A stretch of DNA of 49,718 bases, filler included, from Ionaspis alba (Eukaryota): assembly GCA_964255285.1 (NCBI GenBank). It is 2 parts of 2 records of this genome, joined end to end, with 100 filler letters (N's around TTAATTAATTAA, not from the genome) between each part and the next. Parts side by side here need not be neighbours in the genome. Positions count along the whole stretch, not along the records: positions 24,914 to 49,718 come from CAXUUL010000167.1; 1 more part is not named here. One strand, 5' to 3'. The notes under the pieces are model-generated. The model saw only the letters and a program-made list of their open reading frames with translations, did no database searches and was not told the DNA's origin. The position numbers and the translations under genes are program-made. Shown here piece by piece: positions 25,131 through 37,765 of the stretch (positions are counted from its first letter, which is position 1; every line of letters begins with the position of its first letter).

Positions 25131-25973
25131 CTATCCAATCCCCTTCTCCCGATCCTCCTCCTCTGCCTGATTCTTCAAAGTCCGGAGGTGACCCTCCTTA
25201 TATACACATTCCTACTCGATGAATCTGACTAGTGGGATGCGAGGGCGGAGTTAAGAATTCGCAGCCTTCGGTGGAGGAAAGGCTTGGCAAGGCGATGGAC
25301 CATGGAACGGTGGAATTTGGCAGTTTTTAAGGGAGATAGGCGGAGGTAAACAGGCGGAAGGATGATTGCGATTGGGAAAGAGCGACCGGTGATTGGCGGC
25401 TTGGGTGAAGCCAAGAGATGTCGTCCAGCGTGACTTCCAGAGCCAAGGATGGGCGGACCTGTCAGGTGCCGATCAGGTGGGTCCCGTTTGCTTGTTTATG
25501 ATACGGACTGCTGGATTAGGATAAATTGGAGGCTGGGAGAGGTGAGTCACACGCATAGCCGTGGATAGTAGAAAGTTGTGGATTAGCTTGGTGTAAACAA
25601 CGGGGCGAAATTCCAATTAGCTTGCGAAACAATAAAGTCTACAGTGGGAACACACGATAGGAGTGGATAACGACAATCAGCTAGGTGCGATAGCATCATC
25701 AGAAAGAGCTTGAATTATCTGGGAAGCTCAGCAAGCACATTGGAGCTCGATTAGAGTACATCAGTATATGTGTACATTGAGACCATGTAGCAATGAGAAC
25801 AAGCCGTGATTGACCAAATGAAGCAGGGGCGATTGAGCAAGACATGACGATGCTCAAAGTCTAAACATATACCTTCCCCATGCATTGTCGCTTCCAGCCT
25901 CCGTACAACGCCACTTCTAAGCCAACATATTCGCGTCCATCAACAAAATCATCCGAGGAGTGACACCGTCGAA

Positions 25974-28900
25974 TCATTGGTATTTGCGCAGCTAGTTCTC
26001 ATCAGTCCTCATCCCCCAATGAACATGCGCTCCAAGCAACTTACATCCAAAGTCATAGCCTTACTCGAATTCGCCCCTTGATCACGATAGATACCGACCA
26101 ACGCCTCGCTTCCCTGAAACAGACCTGTCTTCAAACTGATGACAATGAACTGCATACCAGGTCCAGCATGCTCGCGGATGTAATTCGCGATCTTCGCAAC
26201 ATTGGCATTGTCGAGCGCTGCGTCCACCTCGTCGAGGACAAAGAATGGTGAAGGCTGGTAGCTGTGGATGGCGAAGAGGAGAGCCAGAGCGGCCATGGTC
26301 TTCTCGCCTCCGGAAAGATGCTCCATGTCGCGGAAGCGCTTTAGAGGCGGCATGGCGTGGTATTTGATGCCGTCGAGGTAGGGCTCGTCGGAGTCTTCCA
26401 TGTCGAGGTATCTAGGTAGATGTCAGCAATGCCTTGTAATAGCTGAGAGACTACTAACGCTTGTCCACCCATAGGTAAGGTTGCGCTTCTCGTGAGATCC
26501 TTGTATATAGGGCCAATCTGCTCGGAGATGTGCGAGAAAGCTTTGTTGAACAACTCGAACCGTTGCTCCTTGACGTCCTGGAAATCGTCTTTCGCCCTCT
26601 TTGCTCGTTTCCGAGCATCTTCGAAGTCCTTCTCCGTGGTCTTCAGCCGGCTCTCAACACCTTCCATGCGCTCGATGGCTCGCATGTTCGGTGCCATTTG
26701 TTTCAACTCGTCGTCCAAGATTGTGATCTTTCCTTGAAGCTCCTCTTCGACTTTGTCTCCAGAAGCATCTTTCAGATCATCATCGAGCTCGTCGAAATCA
26801 ACATCTATGCCGTAATCCTGAATCACCGGTTGTTGCAACAAACTCGAATCAGGGTCCTCATCCACGTCCATGGCATCGGGGTCTCCTTGTGCTATACCGT
26901 CGATAGGAAGAGCGTCAAGACTCTTCGAGTCATCCGTGAGCGGAATGGTTATATCCTCAAGCTTGCACTTCTTTAGCAGTGCATATCTAGCAGCAGCGTT
27001 TCGTTCCATGTCTGCTTCCAGAGTCGCAACAGCTCTTAAGGTACCATCGACATGTTTGCTCCTCTTCTGCACTTCTCGCCGTTGCTCGGCAACCTTTTCG
27101 GCTTTCTTCTCATACCTAATCTTCTGTTCCTCAAGTTTCTCGGTCAACTGTTCGAGCTCGGCGGCGAGAGTGTCGGACTCGTTCGATGTTGATTCTTTCT
27201 CGGCTTCAAGCTCGTCGATTAGTGATTGATCTTGTTTCGTGCGATCCTCGAGGACCTTGATACGGTTCATGGTCTCTTGTAGTTGTTGCTTCTCGAAACT
27301 GATTCGGCTCTCGAGTTTGCTCCTCTGCTGTTTAAACTCCAATTTCTTTTGGGCACTTTGCTGTTGTAAAGAGCCTTGTTGAGCCTCGTACGCACGAATG
27401 TTTTCGTATTGGAGGCGTTGGCAGAACTCAGCGAAGACCTCATCTTCAACCTCGCTGACAGCATCTTGGTAGGACTTCAAACTGGCCTTCAGATCCTCTA
27501 GTTCCTGCAGCTTCTCCTCGTATTTTGGCTTGACTTCAGCAAGCTCTCGTTGAGCGTGCAAGAGCTCCGTTTGCTTGCTCTGTAGGTTCCTCTCGAGCGC
27601 TCTTGCTTCTTCCCTCGCATAAGTCAACTTCTGCTCGAGCCCTATCAATTCGCCTTGTAACGTTTCCTCTTCGGTAGCGTTGCGACGGCTTTCTGGAAGC
27701 GCTGCCAGATCATTTTGTAGCTTCTCCGCCAATTTGCGAAGGTTGTCAACCTCGGTGTCTTCCCATCTCCGGGCATTCTGCTCTCGCCCTCTACCGCCAG
27801 TCATCAAACCACCTTTGTGAATAACGGTACCATCAAGTGTCACAGCTTTAGCTTCAACACCTTTCTCGTAGCAGATGTACTTAGCAATAGCAAGGTCGTC
27901 ACAAACTATGGCATTGCCACAAGCGTATGACATTGCGCGGTCAAAGACTTTGTCGAAGTCAATGGTGTCAAGAGCCATCCTCGTTCCGCGGTGCATACCT
28001 TTGAGATTGGAATTGATGGCCTTGACTTGGATCGTGTCCAGTGGGATGAAAGTGGCCTGTCCTCGATGTTGATCTCGAAGAAACTGAATACATTCCTTCG
28101 CAGTCTTCTCGTCATCGACCACGACAGCGTCAAAGTGGCGGCCAAGAACCGTACTGACGGCTTCAGCAAACCTCTTCTGCTTGGGCTTGCAGAGGTCGCT
28201 GACTCGGCCTCTCACGCCTGGGAAGATCCGTTTCATGTCAGCTATCGTTGCCTTGGTACGAGTCTCCTTTTCGCTTTGTTTGCGGCCGTCCTCAGCATCC
28301 AATAGCTTCTTGGCAACTTCCTGGAGCTTCTCGTCGAGCTCGGTTCTGATCTGTGCGGATCGCAAACGTTCAGATGTGAGATTATTGAAAGCTTTCTTCT
28401 TGCTCTCAATATCTTTGTTCGTCTGCTTGACCACACCCTCATTAGTGGCTCTCTGCTCATTGATGTCTTTGATTTCTTCTCCGAGCTTTTTGACTTGATA
28501 ATCGACAGAGTCAACTTTGCTCTTGAGACTGTTTACTGTCTCCTCGTCTGCTCGCTGTTGACGAGCGAGATTGTCGGCCTTGATTTGATCAGCGGAACTC
28601 CGCTTGCTGACGTCTTCCTTGAGTTTGTTATATTCCTGAAGATCTGCTTCTGTTAAAACTCGGCCTTCTTGCTCCCGAAGTTTCTTTGATTCCTCTTCCC
28701 ATTGTGCTTCGGCCTTCTCAACTACTTTCAGGTCTTTACTCAGCCGCTTGACAGTGTCAGATCTGCTGTCCCGCTCCTTGGCAATCCCTGCGATCCGAGT
28801 GCTGGCTTTTATGAGATGCTCCTTGGTCAAGTGGATCTTCTCTGTGATAGGCACTAGGCTGTTCTCCTTCTCTTCGATCTCTTTCTCCTTCGCTTTGATG

Positions 28901-29981
28901 TTGCGCTCGATCTTGCCGACATCTCTGCCAACTTTGGCCTGCTCCTTCTTCGCCTCCTCTAGGGCTTGTTCTTTGCCAGCAATATTACGACGGTGCTCCT
29001 TGAGCTCCTCCTGATGCTTCCGGATTTCCGCACCTGATTCCTCCATCGTCTTCTGAAAGTGGTACAACTTCCACAAAATGTGAGTCACGATGGCTTGGTC
29101 TTTCTGATCCGCCTTCTTAGCATAGCTATCGGCCTCTCGCTTCTGTTCTTGGTATTGCTTGATCTCGGAATTGATTCCTCGTCTTCGATTGAGATTGTAG
29201 TTCTGGTTCTCTAGCGCCTCTTCTTGAGCTTCCTTGAGTTTTTCATATTCAGCTTTGTACTCGAGACTCCCAGATATTTGTTCGATGAGCCGGGTCAGAT
29301 CGCGTGGTGACTGTGATGCGATTGCCTCGACGTCACCCTGGAAGACGAGAAAGTTGCGCGCTTTGATCAGGATGTTCTCCGCCTCTAGAGCTTCGTTATA
29401 CTGCTGAGCTGTTACGACGCGATTGTTGATGCGATACTCGCTGGCACCTTGGTTGGTGATTGACCGCTTCCATAGTTGCTCGTCACCAGCATCGTCCTCG
29501 TAAACAGCCATGACCCATGCGCTCTTAGGGTCATTCCTTTCCTGCGGGCTGTTCTGCAGATCTTCTCCATCAAATTCTCCATCGCCGTTGACTTGACCAT
29601 TAGCACCTGGAATTGTGGCAGACCCATCTCCGTTGATCGTAGCCGTTTTGAGCACTCTTCCCCGATAGACCAAATCTCGTAGATGGGAGGATCGAAGATG
29701 TGAAGACTTTATTCCCAGGACGAAGGAAATCGCATCCATCCTAGTGGATGTCAGTAATCCAATCCACCATCACTAGGGTATCTCCCTTGACCACCTACGA
29801 ATTTGACTTTCCTGAGCCATTGGGACCGATGATGGATGTGAAGTAGGAATCGCCGAACAGGAGGGTATGATGTCCCTTGTAGGATTTGAAGTCTGTAGAT
29901 GCGCTCAGTCAATCCGCTTCAATCTATTCAAGAGACAGAGGCCGGCGTACTGTACAGCTCAAGACGAATTAGCTTTCCCAT
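25974..29981 (-). CDS. SMC1: Cohesin subunit Smc1
   Basis: MGKLIRLELY|NFKSY...IIGPNGSGKSNS|MDAISFVLG; NFLVFQGDVE; hinge GRVSDLC...ATFIPLD...VTLDG; LSGGEK signature; FFVLDEVDAALD; terminal LD|LRKYQ*. Confidence 0.97.
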
Positions 29982-30646
29982 CTTGTCGAAGAACGCTTGA
30001 CTCGTCCAAGAGCAGGATAGTTGCAGGCGAAAAGGTTTACAGAGTCAGCAACTCGTGTTCTCGTCAGTGTTCCGGTAAGATGAAGTTTGCATAGAGTATT
30101 GTCATCAGTATCGGAAATTTCAATAATTGACTGTGAAACTCGTTGTCATGTGATTCGCAAGTCGCGTCGATTCCCCACAAAAACACGAGATTCCGCTAGC
30201 GTGGTTCGTGGTGCACAAGGGGTTGTGATAGGCCGACAATTCGGTCATAGGGTAGATCGCCTTTTGCTTGAAACTTGCTAGCCAACCAAGTCACAGCATC
30301 TTTACACGCTTTCTGTGTTGCTACTACCACTTGACGGACAAAACACTGCCATCCACATTGACATTCCTCGGCGATAACGGCATTACTTGCAGCTGACCAG
30401 TATTTGGCGTGCTATCGCTAGCCCCAGTAGTGCTATTTTGGCAGTTGCCCATGTCGTCGCTACCAGTATTCGGATACCCGATATAAAGGTATATTCACAT
30501 GCTGCGCATTCCATCCTCACCTTGCCGCTCAAGACTTGACTGACAAAATGGTAGTCACAGCTCTGCAACGGTTTGGCTCGCGCTCCAACTCCTTCCAGTC
30601 TCGACCTCCAGAGCTGGTCAGGTTCCGCAAAGAACACCTTCGAAAC

Positions 30647-32266
30647 ATGTCCGAACCAACGGCTATCCCCAAATCGGAGTCGGAGCCGGCCTTGATAGAT
30701 CCAGATCTTCTTCACGACCGCAGGAGCTCCGCCAACTATAGCTCAGCATCAACAGGAGCTGAAGACAAGACCTCCGCAACATCAACGCCTCCGAGTCCTG
30801 GACTACTCTCACGAAATATCTCGTTCTCCAACAGCAGCTCGTATCAAGAAGATTGGGAAGCTTTTCCGCCCTTAGATCGACTGACCATCTTCGACTTCCT
30901 TGATAACCTAGCCCTACCTCAGCGCCTAGAAAAATGGCAGAGCAGTCTAGCAGCACAGACAGAGAAAGTTCGGCGGCAGCGGGAAAAGCTGAAGTCGTCC
31001 AGCTTGAACGCTAAAGAGCGCGTGGTGGAGGAATGGCGGAGAAGAATACCAACGCCAGATGAACAACTGGACAGATACAAGAAACGGATGCGGGAGTCTG
31101 TTGACCGTCTTGGCAACCGCTGGAACGATACCAAGGCCGTTACCGTTCGGGAGAAAGTTTCCTTCATCGCGGGCGTTCTGAACATCTTCTTGTCAGGATA
31201 CCTCATCGGAGCTCATCCGGACCTGTTCTACTATTGGTTTACCGCACAATTTTGCTATTTCATGCCCATACGGTACTACACATATCACAAGCGAGGATAC
31301 CATTACTTCCTGGCCGATCTATGCTACTTTGTCAATCTCCTACTCCTCCTGGTTATATGGGTCGCTCCGCAGTCGAAAAGGCTCTTCATCAGTACATACT
31401 GCCTTGCGTATGGCAATAATGTGGTTGCCATAGCTATGTGGAGGAATTCAATGGTGTTTCACTCATTAGATAAGATCACTAGGTAAGGAAGTCAGATTTC
31501 CATATCTGATATATTGTTTCTGACATAGAGTCATAGTCTGTTCATCCACATAATGCCACCAGTGACCCTTCACTGCCTGGTCCATCTCGCAAGCCCTGAA
31601 TTTCAGAAAGAGCGGTTCCCGGCAATCTACGCTATCCGATACAGTCCAGCATCCAGCCCCGAGCACTACTCGTTACCGGCCATGATGGTCTGGGCAACAG
31701 TTCCCTATGTAGTATGGCAGCTGTCTTACCACCTGCTCATCACCGTTCGCCGGCGTGAGAAAATCGCTGCGGGACGACCTACAAGCTTCACTTGGCTCGC
31801 AAAATCGTACTCGAAATCCTGGATCGGCCGTCTCGTGCTCTCCCTTCCCCACAGGCTTCAAGAACCAGCATTCATGCTCGTGCAATACAGCTACGCCCTG
31901 GGGACGATGGTGCCCTGCCCGATCTGGTTCTGGTCCAGATGGGCTAGTGCGGGGTTCTTGATGACGGTCTTTGTGTGGAGTATCTATAATGGTGCGACGT
32001 ACTATATCGATGTATTTGGGAAGCGCTTCCAGAAGGAGCTTGAGGATTTGAGGAAGGATGTCGCAAGGTGGCAGACGAGCCCTGATATGACGGGGAGTCC
32101 TGATTCGATGCCGAAGGGAGAGGGGTCGTTGACGCCGCAACCCCAGCCGTCCAGTATGGCGGCGGCGGCGGGGATTGATAAGATTCCGTTGCTGGACCCT
32201 AAGACTGGGACTTCGAGTGGTTCGGATGGTGGGAGTGGGGATCTGAGGGAGCGGAAGGGGCAGTAG
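30647..32266 (+). CDS. GPC1: Glycerophosphocholine acyltransferase (DUF2838)
   Basis: REKVSFIAGV, YHYFLADLCYFVN, WRNSMVFHSLDK, SLFIHIMPP, RPTSFTWL and YNGATYYIDVFGKRF; one intron at about 31482-31535. An upstream in-frame ATG (30548) is possible. Confidence 0.9.
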
Positions 32267-32833
32267 GTAGTATCTTCAGACAACTGGGATGCTCATACAG
32301 TCCTGTGAGGTCGAGGACTTCTGTGAAAGGCTTTACGGCAGCATTTGACGTTTCCCTTGTTCAAGTGATCATTGGTCATTGGCTTACTTGGGCCCACTGC
32401 ACCCATCTTTGACATTTGTTGTATACCCACGAAGCTTTTTAGGCGTTTGTGGAATTGATCTGTAATCAGTATTGTCCTCGGACCTACTTGTGCGTTTCAG
32501 AAAACCCATTTGCATCCTTGCGCATGGCAATCCGCTTCGATATCGAGTTCACGACCTCGAGGCATGACCGATGCTATGTTGACAAAGGACAATAGTTGTA
32601 CCGTGGTCTCGTGGTTCGTTGCGAGTGACAAGGCTCGAGCTGGTTGATGCGGCGCTTCGAGATCTGGACAAAATAGTACCTTACTTGCAAATGCGCTGAC
32701 TAGCAGTCAAGGGTTTCGACTTTCGACATCCAATGATACATCAAGATTCTTACAGCTCAGGCTCTGTGCATGCCCGATTTTCTGAGGCGACCAATGATAT
32801 CGACTAGGCATTAGCGCCAAATGATCTTCCAAC

Positions 32834-33130
32834 TAGGGTTCCAAATTTTCATGAAAAAGATAATCCGTACCGCAACTGTTGCCAGGAGGTGAAAAGGTTG
32901 CAAAAGACCCTGAAAATATTGAAAAAGTATTACTATGTAAGCTTGGCAATCACGTGATTATACGCTTGGTTATCACGTGCTTATATCCATTGTACTTTCC
33001 TAATTAAGTAAAGTCTGCTGATCCGATCAAGTTAAATATAATAACTTTTGCAGAAAAAGATAACCTTTACTGAAAATTTTAAAATCAATCTATACTGAAA
33101 ATTTTCAAGGGATCTTTTTCAGGACCCCTA
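32834..33130. mobile_element. Non-autonomous hAT-type DNA transposon (MITE), 297 bp
   Basis: Perfect 8-bp direct repeat CTTCCAAC at 32826-32833 and 33131-33138. Termini TAGGGTTCC / GGACCCCTA are an 8/9 inverted match. Subterminal GAAAAAGAT and TGAAAATTTT motifs recur; the interior is AT-rich and non-coding. An 8-bp TSD with (T/C)AGGG ends is typical of hAT. Confidence 0.85.
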
Positions 33131-33404
33131 CTTCCAACAAGGATAGCATCGGAAAGCCTTGAGCTGGTGCAGCTGGCACGAAGCCTTCGAGCGCGACCGT
33201 GTACAGCTGAGTGCGGCACAGACGCCAGCCCCCACTTGCTTTTCTCTTTCCAAGTTGTGGATCGTTTACCTCAATCATCCTGCGCTTCGTTCCTCATCAT
33301 TCGTTGACCCTCACCTTACAAACATTGTCGTCCGACATTCTAAATTTCCAGCTATTTTTCTCTACCTAGCGGTGAGCTTTGTGCTTTGGTGACCAGTATG
33401 CCAA

Positions 33405-36400
33405 ATGTCAGGCTTCCTCGGAAATGTTCTTAAGAGAAAGCGAGACGAAGATGAATCGAGTACACCCACCCCGAAGAAAGCATCACAAGCAAAGATTGGG
33501 CTGTTCGAATTCACGCAGAATAGTGAAGAGAAAATGGTCGATGTCGTGGCCGTTCATGGACTGCAAGGCCATGCATTCGAAACGTGGGAGCACGGTAATC
33601 ACACCATCTGGCTCCGTGACCTCCTACCTGCAGAGCTGCCATTTGCGTATATCATGACCTTCGGATATGATTCTGTTGTCGCATTTAGTAATTCCGTTGC
33701 CAAGATCGAGGATAAGGCATTGGAGCTCCTCAACAGACTCAGTAAAAAGCGATCAGGAGCTGGTAACGGCCATCCTAGACCCATTGTCTTCATAGGCCAT
33801 AGCCTAGGTGGTATCGTGATCAAGAAAGCTCTTATCCTTGCTCACGAGCGTTCCTCCGACCCATTCTACAAGGACATACTGGACAACACCAAGGCCATCG
33901 CTTTCCTAGGTGTGCCTCACAAGGGATCTGACAGCGCTTGGTGGGCAACATTCGCAGCCAATGCTCTCAAAGGTGCCAGCATGGAGACCTCCACCAGCGC
34001 CGCTCTTTTGGCAGACTTGAGAAAGGATTCCACTACATTGACAAATATCTCCAAACAGTTCGTTGATCGGACGAAGGGTCTAACGATTTATACTTTCTAT
34101 GAAACTCGGAAGCTGTCAGGGGTCTTGGTCCGTCGCACATCGAAAGTGCCTTTTTTACGCCCGCTAATAACAATCGTATAGGTTGTCGATGAGCTATCTG
34201 CCCGAATTGGTTTACGGAATGAAAAGATGTTCTCAGTCGACTCCAACCACACAGCGATCTGCAAAATTCCGTCAGCTGAGAGTCAAGAATACGAGGCAGT
34301 AGGGTTTTGGATTGTGAAACTGGTGAAAATGGCCGTTGAGAGTACGAAAAGTGCAGATATACAATGTAGGCTGAGAACCTACCATCCAGTCGTTTCCAAG
34401 TTAATGCCTAACAGCTTCGCCACAGCGACAGCCCTTGTACTGGCGGGTGCCGAATAGACGGATTGATTATTTTGTTGGGAGAGAGGATATCCTGAGTCGG
34501 ATCGACGAGGCTTTTTCTGCTGCGTCAAGCTCCCGCATTGCTGTCTTGCGGGCGATGGGTGGCCAAGGCAAGAGCCAGATAGCTCTCGAATATTGCCACA
34601 GGAAGAGGAACAATCCTTTTTCTGCCATCTTCTGGATTGATGCGGCGACCGAGAGTGCAGTCATTGGAAGCTTTCAGTCCATCTTCGAGGAGATCAAGAG
34701 TCCAACAGACAATTGCACAGACGATGCCACAAGAGTTGCCTATGTCCTGCGAAAGATAGCTTCATGGTCGTCGGACTGGCTTCTGATATTTGACAACTAC
34801 GATAACCCCAGTGACTTCCCTCACGCCCAGAGCTACTTCCCTGAAGGCCGACACGGAAATATACTAGTCACGAGCAGACATGCGGAAACTAAGGAACTAG
34901 TTGCTACGCAGAACGCCAATTTCATCGAACTGCCAGGCCTGGATGAAGATGCAGCTCTGACCTTACTGGTCCAACGAAATGAGACTGATGGTTCGAACCT
35001 CGAACATGCGAAAGACATTGTTCAGCGTCTCGGATATCATCCTCTTGCCATAACACAGGCTGGTGCGTATATCCGAAAGCGAAAGCTTGACCTGTCCCAA
35101 TTTATGCATCATTACTCGCAACGGAAGGATATTATCCTGAAAAACACCCCACATATCTCTCAGTATACTAAGAAGCTACCTGGTGCGGATAGAGAGACGG
35201 CCTTGAGTGTGTTCACCACCTATGAGCTTTCATTCACACAGCTCCAATCTCAACCCAGCCAGGGTGACACTGAGGCGAAGATCTTGACACTTCTGGCGTT
35301 CTTTGACAACAAGGATATACCAGAAAGCCTTTTCTCTGGTTGGTCCAAGTCAGAGAGTAGGGTCATACGAGAACTATGTGCCTGGTTCGAGGTTTTGGCC
35401 AGTGACCATAAACAATGGGATACTGATTTGTTTGAAGACAGATTATTGACCTTGAGAGATCTGTCCCTTGTGCAAACCTATATCCGTGAGGCTGACGGAT
35501 TATGTCATATCTCATTGCACCCTCTGGTCAAAGACTGGATCAGGCTAAGGACGGATAGATCCGTCTGCCAGGGAAATGCTCTAATAGCGGCAGATTTAGT
35601 GAGAAATATCCTAGAGAAAAACAGTGAAAACAAATACAGTGACTTATCCTTCTCAAGCAAACAAAACCTACTGAGCCATGTCAAAGCTCAACAGCAAAAC
35701 CAAAAAGACTATTTGGCAGTACAATTTCTGCAAAGGTTGGCACAGGATATTTACAGCGACTATTACTACGCGATGCACTGGAACGCTTCCTTTCTCATGC
35801 ATATGGGGTTACTCGACAGTGCGGCAACGTTACAAGAACAACATAAAATTCAATGCGAGAATATCTTTGGGCCAGAACACCCGATCACTTTGCAGACTAC
35901 GTTGGCTTTAGCCTGGACCTTCAAGGAACAGAGCCGTTTGAAAGAGGCCGAACAGTTGGCGACACAAGTTCTAGAGATATCAAAAAGGACCTCGAATATG
36001 AAAAATGCTAATGCGGTACTCGCAAACGTCATATTGAGTACTCTATTCTCGACACAGCGAAGATGGAGAGAAGTGGAAAGGACCCTGCAAGAACTTGAGA
36101 TAGCGAAAGGGGAGTTTGGTGCGGCATATTATACGCCGTCGATTGTTACGGCTATCCAAGCTAAAACATATTGCAATCAGGAACAGTGGAAGGAAGCCGA
36201 AGAGCTGCAAATGGAAATACTTGAAACGAGGAAGGAAAAAGACAGTGGTATGACGGATCCTTCTACATTAGAGGAACTGAACAGGCTAGCCGGGATATAT
36301 TATTTTCAGGGAAGATGGGAGAAAGCAGAGAAACTGCAAACAGATGTCCTAGAAACAAGAAAGAACATCATGGGTCTGAAACACCCTGCTACATTTCTCG

Positions 36401-36567
36401 GCATGGAAGCTCTGGCTTTGACATCTTTCGCTCAGGGGAATAAAAGAGGTGCTCTCGAGCTTATGACTGAAGTATTTCAATTGTGTACAGAGCGGCTAGG
36501 TGCGGAGCATCCGGATACGAAGCGCTCTAAAGAGATACTAGATAGCTGGAGCACGGGTACAGTGTGA
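33405..36567 (+). CDS. Fungal NLR-like protein: SesB/DUF676-like alpha/beta hydrolase - NB-ARC - TPR
   Basis: Hydrolase: DVVAVHGLQGH, WLRDLLP, GHSLGG, GVPHKGS, FYET, NHTAICK. NB-ARC: FVGRE, AMGGQGKSQ, WLLIFDNYD, ILVTSR, LGYHPLAI, LHPLVKDW. TPRs with GPEHP/GLKHP/GAEHPDT. Introns 34128-34181 and 34366-34414. Confidence 0.88.
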
Positions 36568-37765
36568 GAACCGAATGTTTCCAGAACTGCAGAAAACGTC
36601 TATTGATTGTGGTGTACAATATTGCTAGCAATTAAAGTTCAAGTTTCTTTCTTAGTACTCGCGGACACTCCCCAATCATTGTGCATGACTATCAATCAAC
36701 ATGTTAATAAGTCTTAGGGAGAATGCAGAAGCTCAGTCTCGCATTGTCACAAAATCATGAGAGAGACCGTCCCCAACTTTGGACAAGGGATCGTGTAATG
36801 CTAGGTTTTGATCTCGAGGTCAATGAGAAACCTCCCTGTGTCCATCACAGGGCTCGACACAGTGGCCCAGCAGCGTATAGCATCACGTTCGAATGAAAGC
36901 CAAAGTAACAGGCAAAGAAAGGAGGGAGGGAATCAAATTCTTTTTCGCCGCGAGCACACATGTAGGTGACTCGAGACCAGAAAAAAGTATAATACGGAGT
37001 CAACGAGCCCGAACCAAGACATCAAGAATGGATCCGAATAGAATTGAGCACGAAATTTGAGATCAAGGCATGCGAGTAACATACAGGAAGGCAGAATGCA
37101 AATCAGAGACCCTGTGCTCTTGGTGGGAGAAATGACTGCCTGTACTCCGTAGGATTGTTTCTTCAAAGTGCGCTCTTACAAGAAATCTAGGATGAACAGT
37201 TAGGGTCCAGATTTCTGGGAGTGTATATTGAAGTCTACCGAGGACACGTCGCGGAAAAAGTTTCTGTCACACAATTTTTGGAGCCAGAACAGTACCTTAG
37301 CTAGATCGTTCAGTTGATTCTCAAATTTGAAGACCTGCTCGGCGCATGGAACGGGGGGTACATCTGTGCCCGAGGCGTATGGACAGATTTCGTTGCTGAG
37401 CATTCTTAGCACAATGGGAGGAGGCTGAGGACTTATAGAGGGGGATGGTCCCTTATATTCCACTTCACCCGCGTCCCCAGCTGGACTCCCCCTGATACCT
37501 GGAAGCTAATAATTATGCTAATTATGCTCGGCAACGATTTCTGCCCATGCTTTTGGCCGCGCCAAGAAATATTCTGTAGCATCCCTGTCAAAACCAGACG
37601 TGCGCCAGATACAACAAATTGATCGGGTCGTCCTTGATCAGCATCCATGAGCCTCGCGCGTCAGCTTGGGTCTACAAATACTCTACAGCATCGGCGTCAC
37701 CATTGAGACTGGCCACCTATCTGGTAAAAATGCAAGGACGAAATTCCAGGTGAAGAGAGCTCGCG

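Noticed and set aside
36600..37700. Possible partner gene downstream of the NLR (ORFs 36933..37166, 37200..37463)
   Set aside because: Short, stop-interrupted and without recognisable domains; no HeLo/HET or amyloid motif seen.
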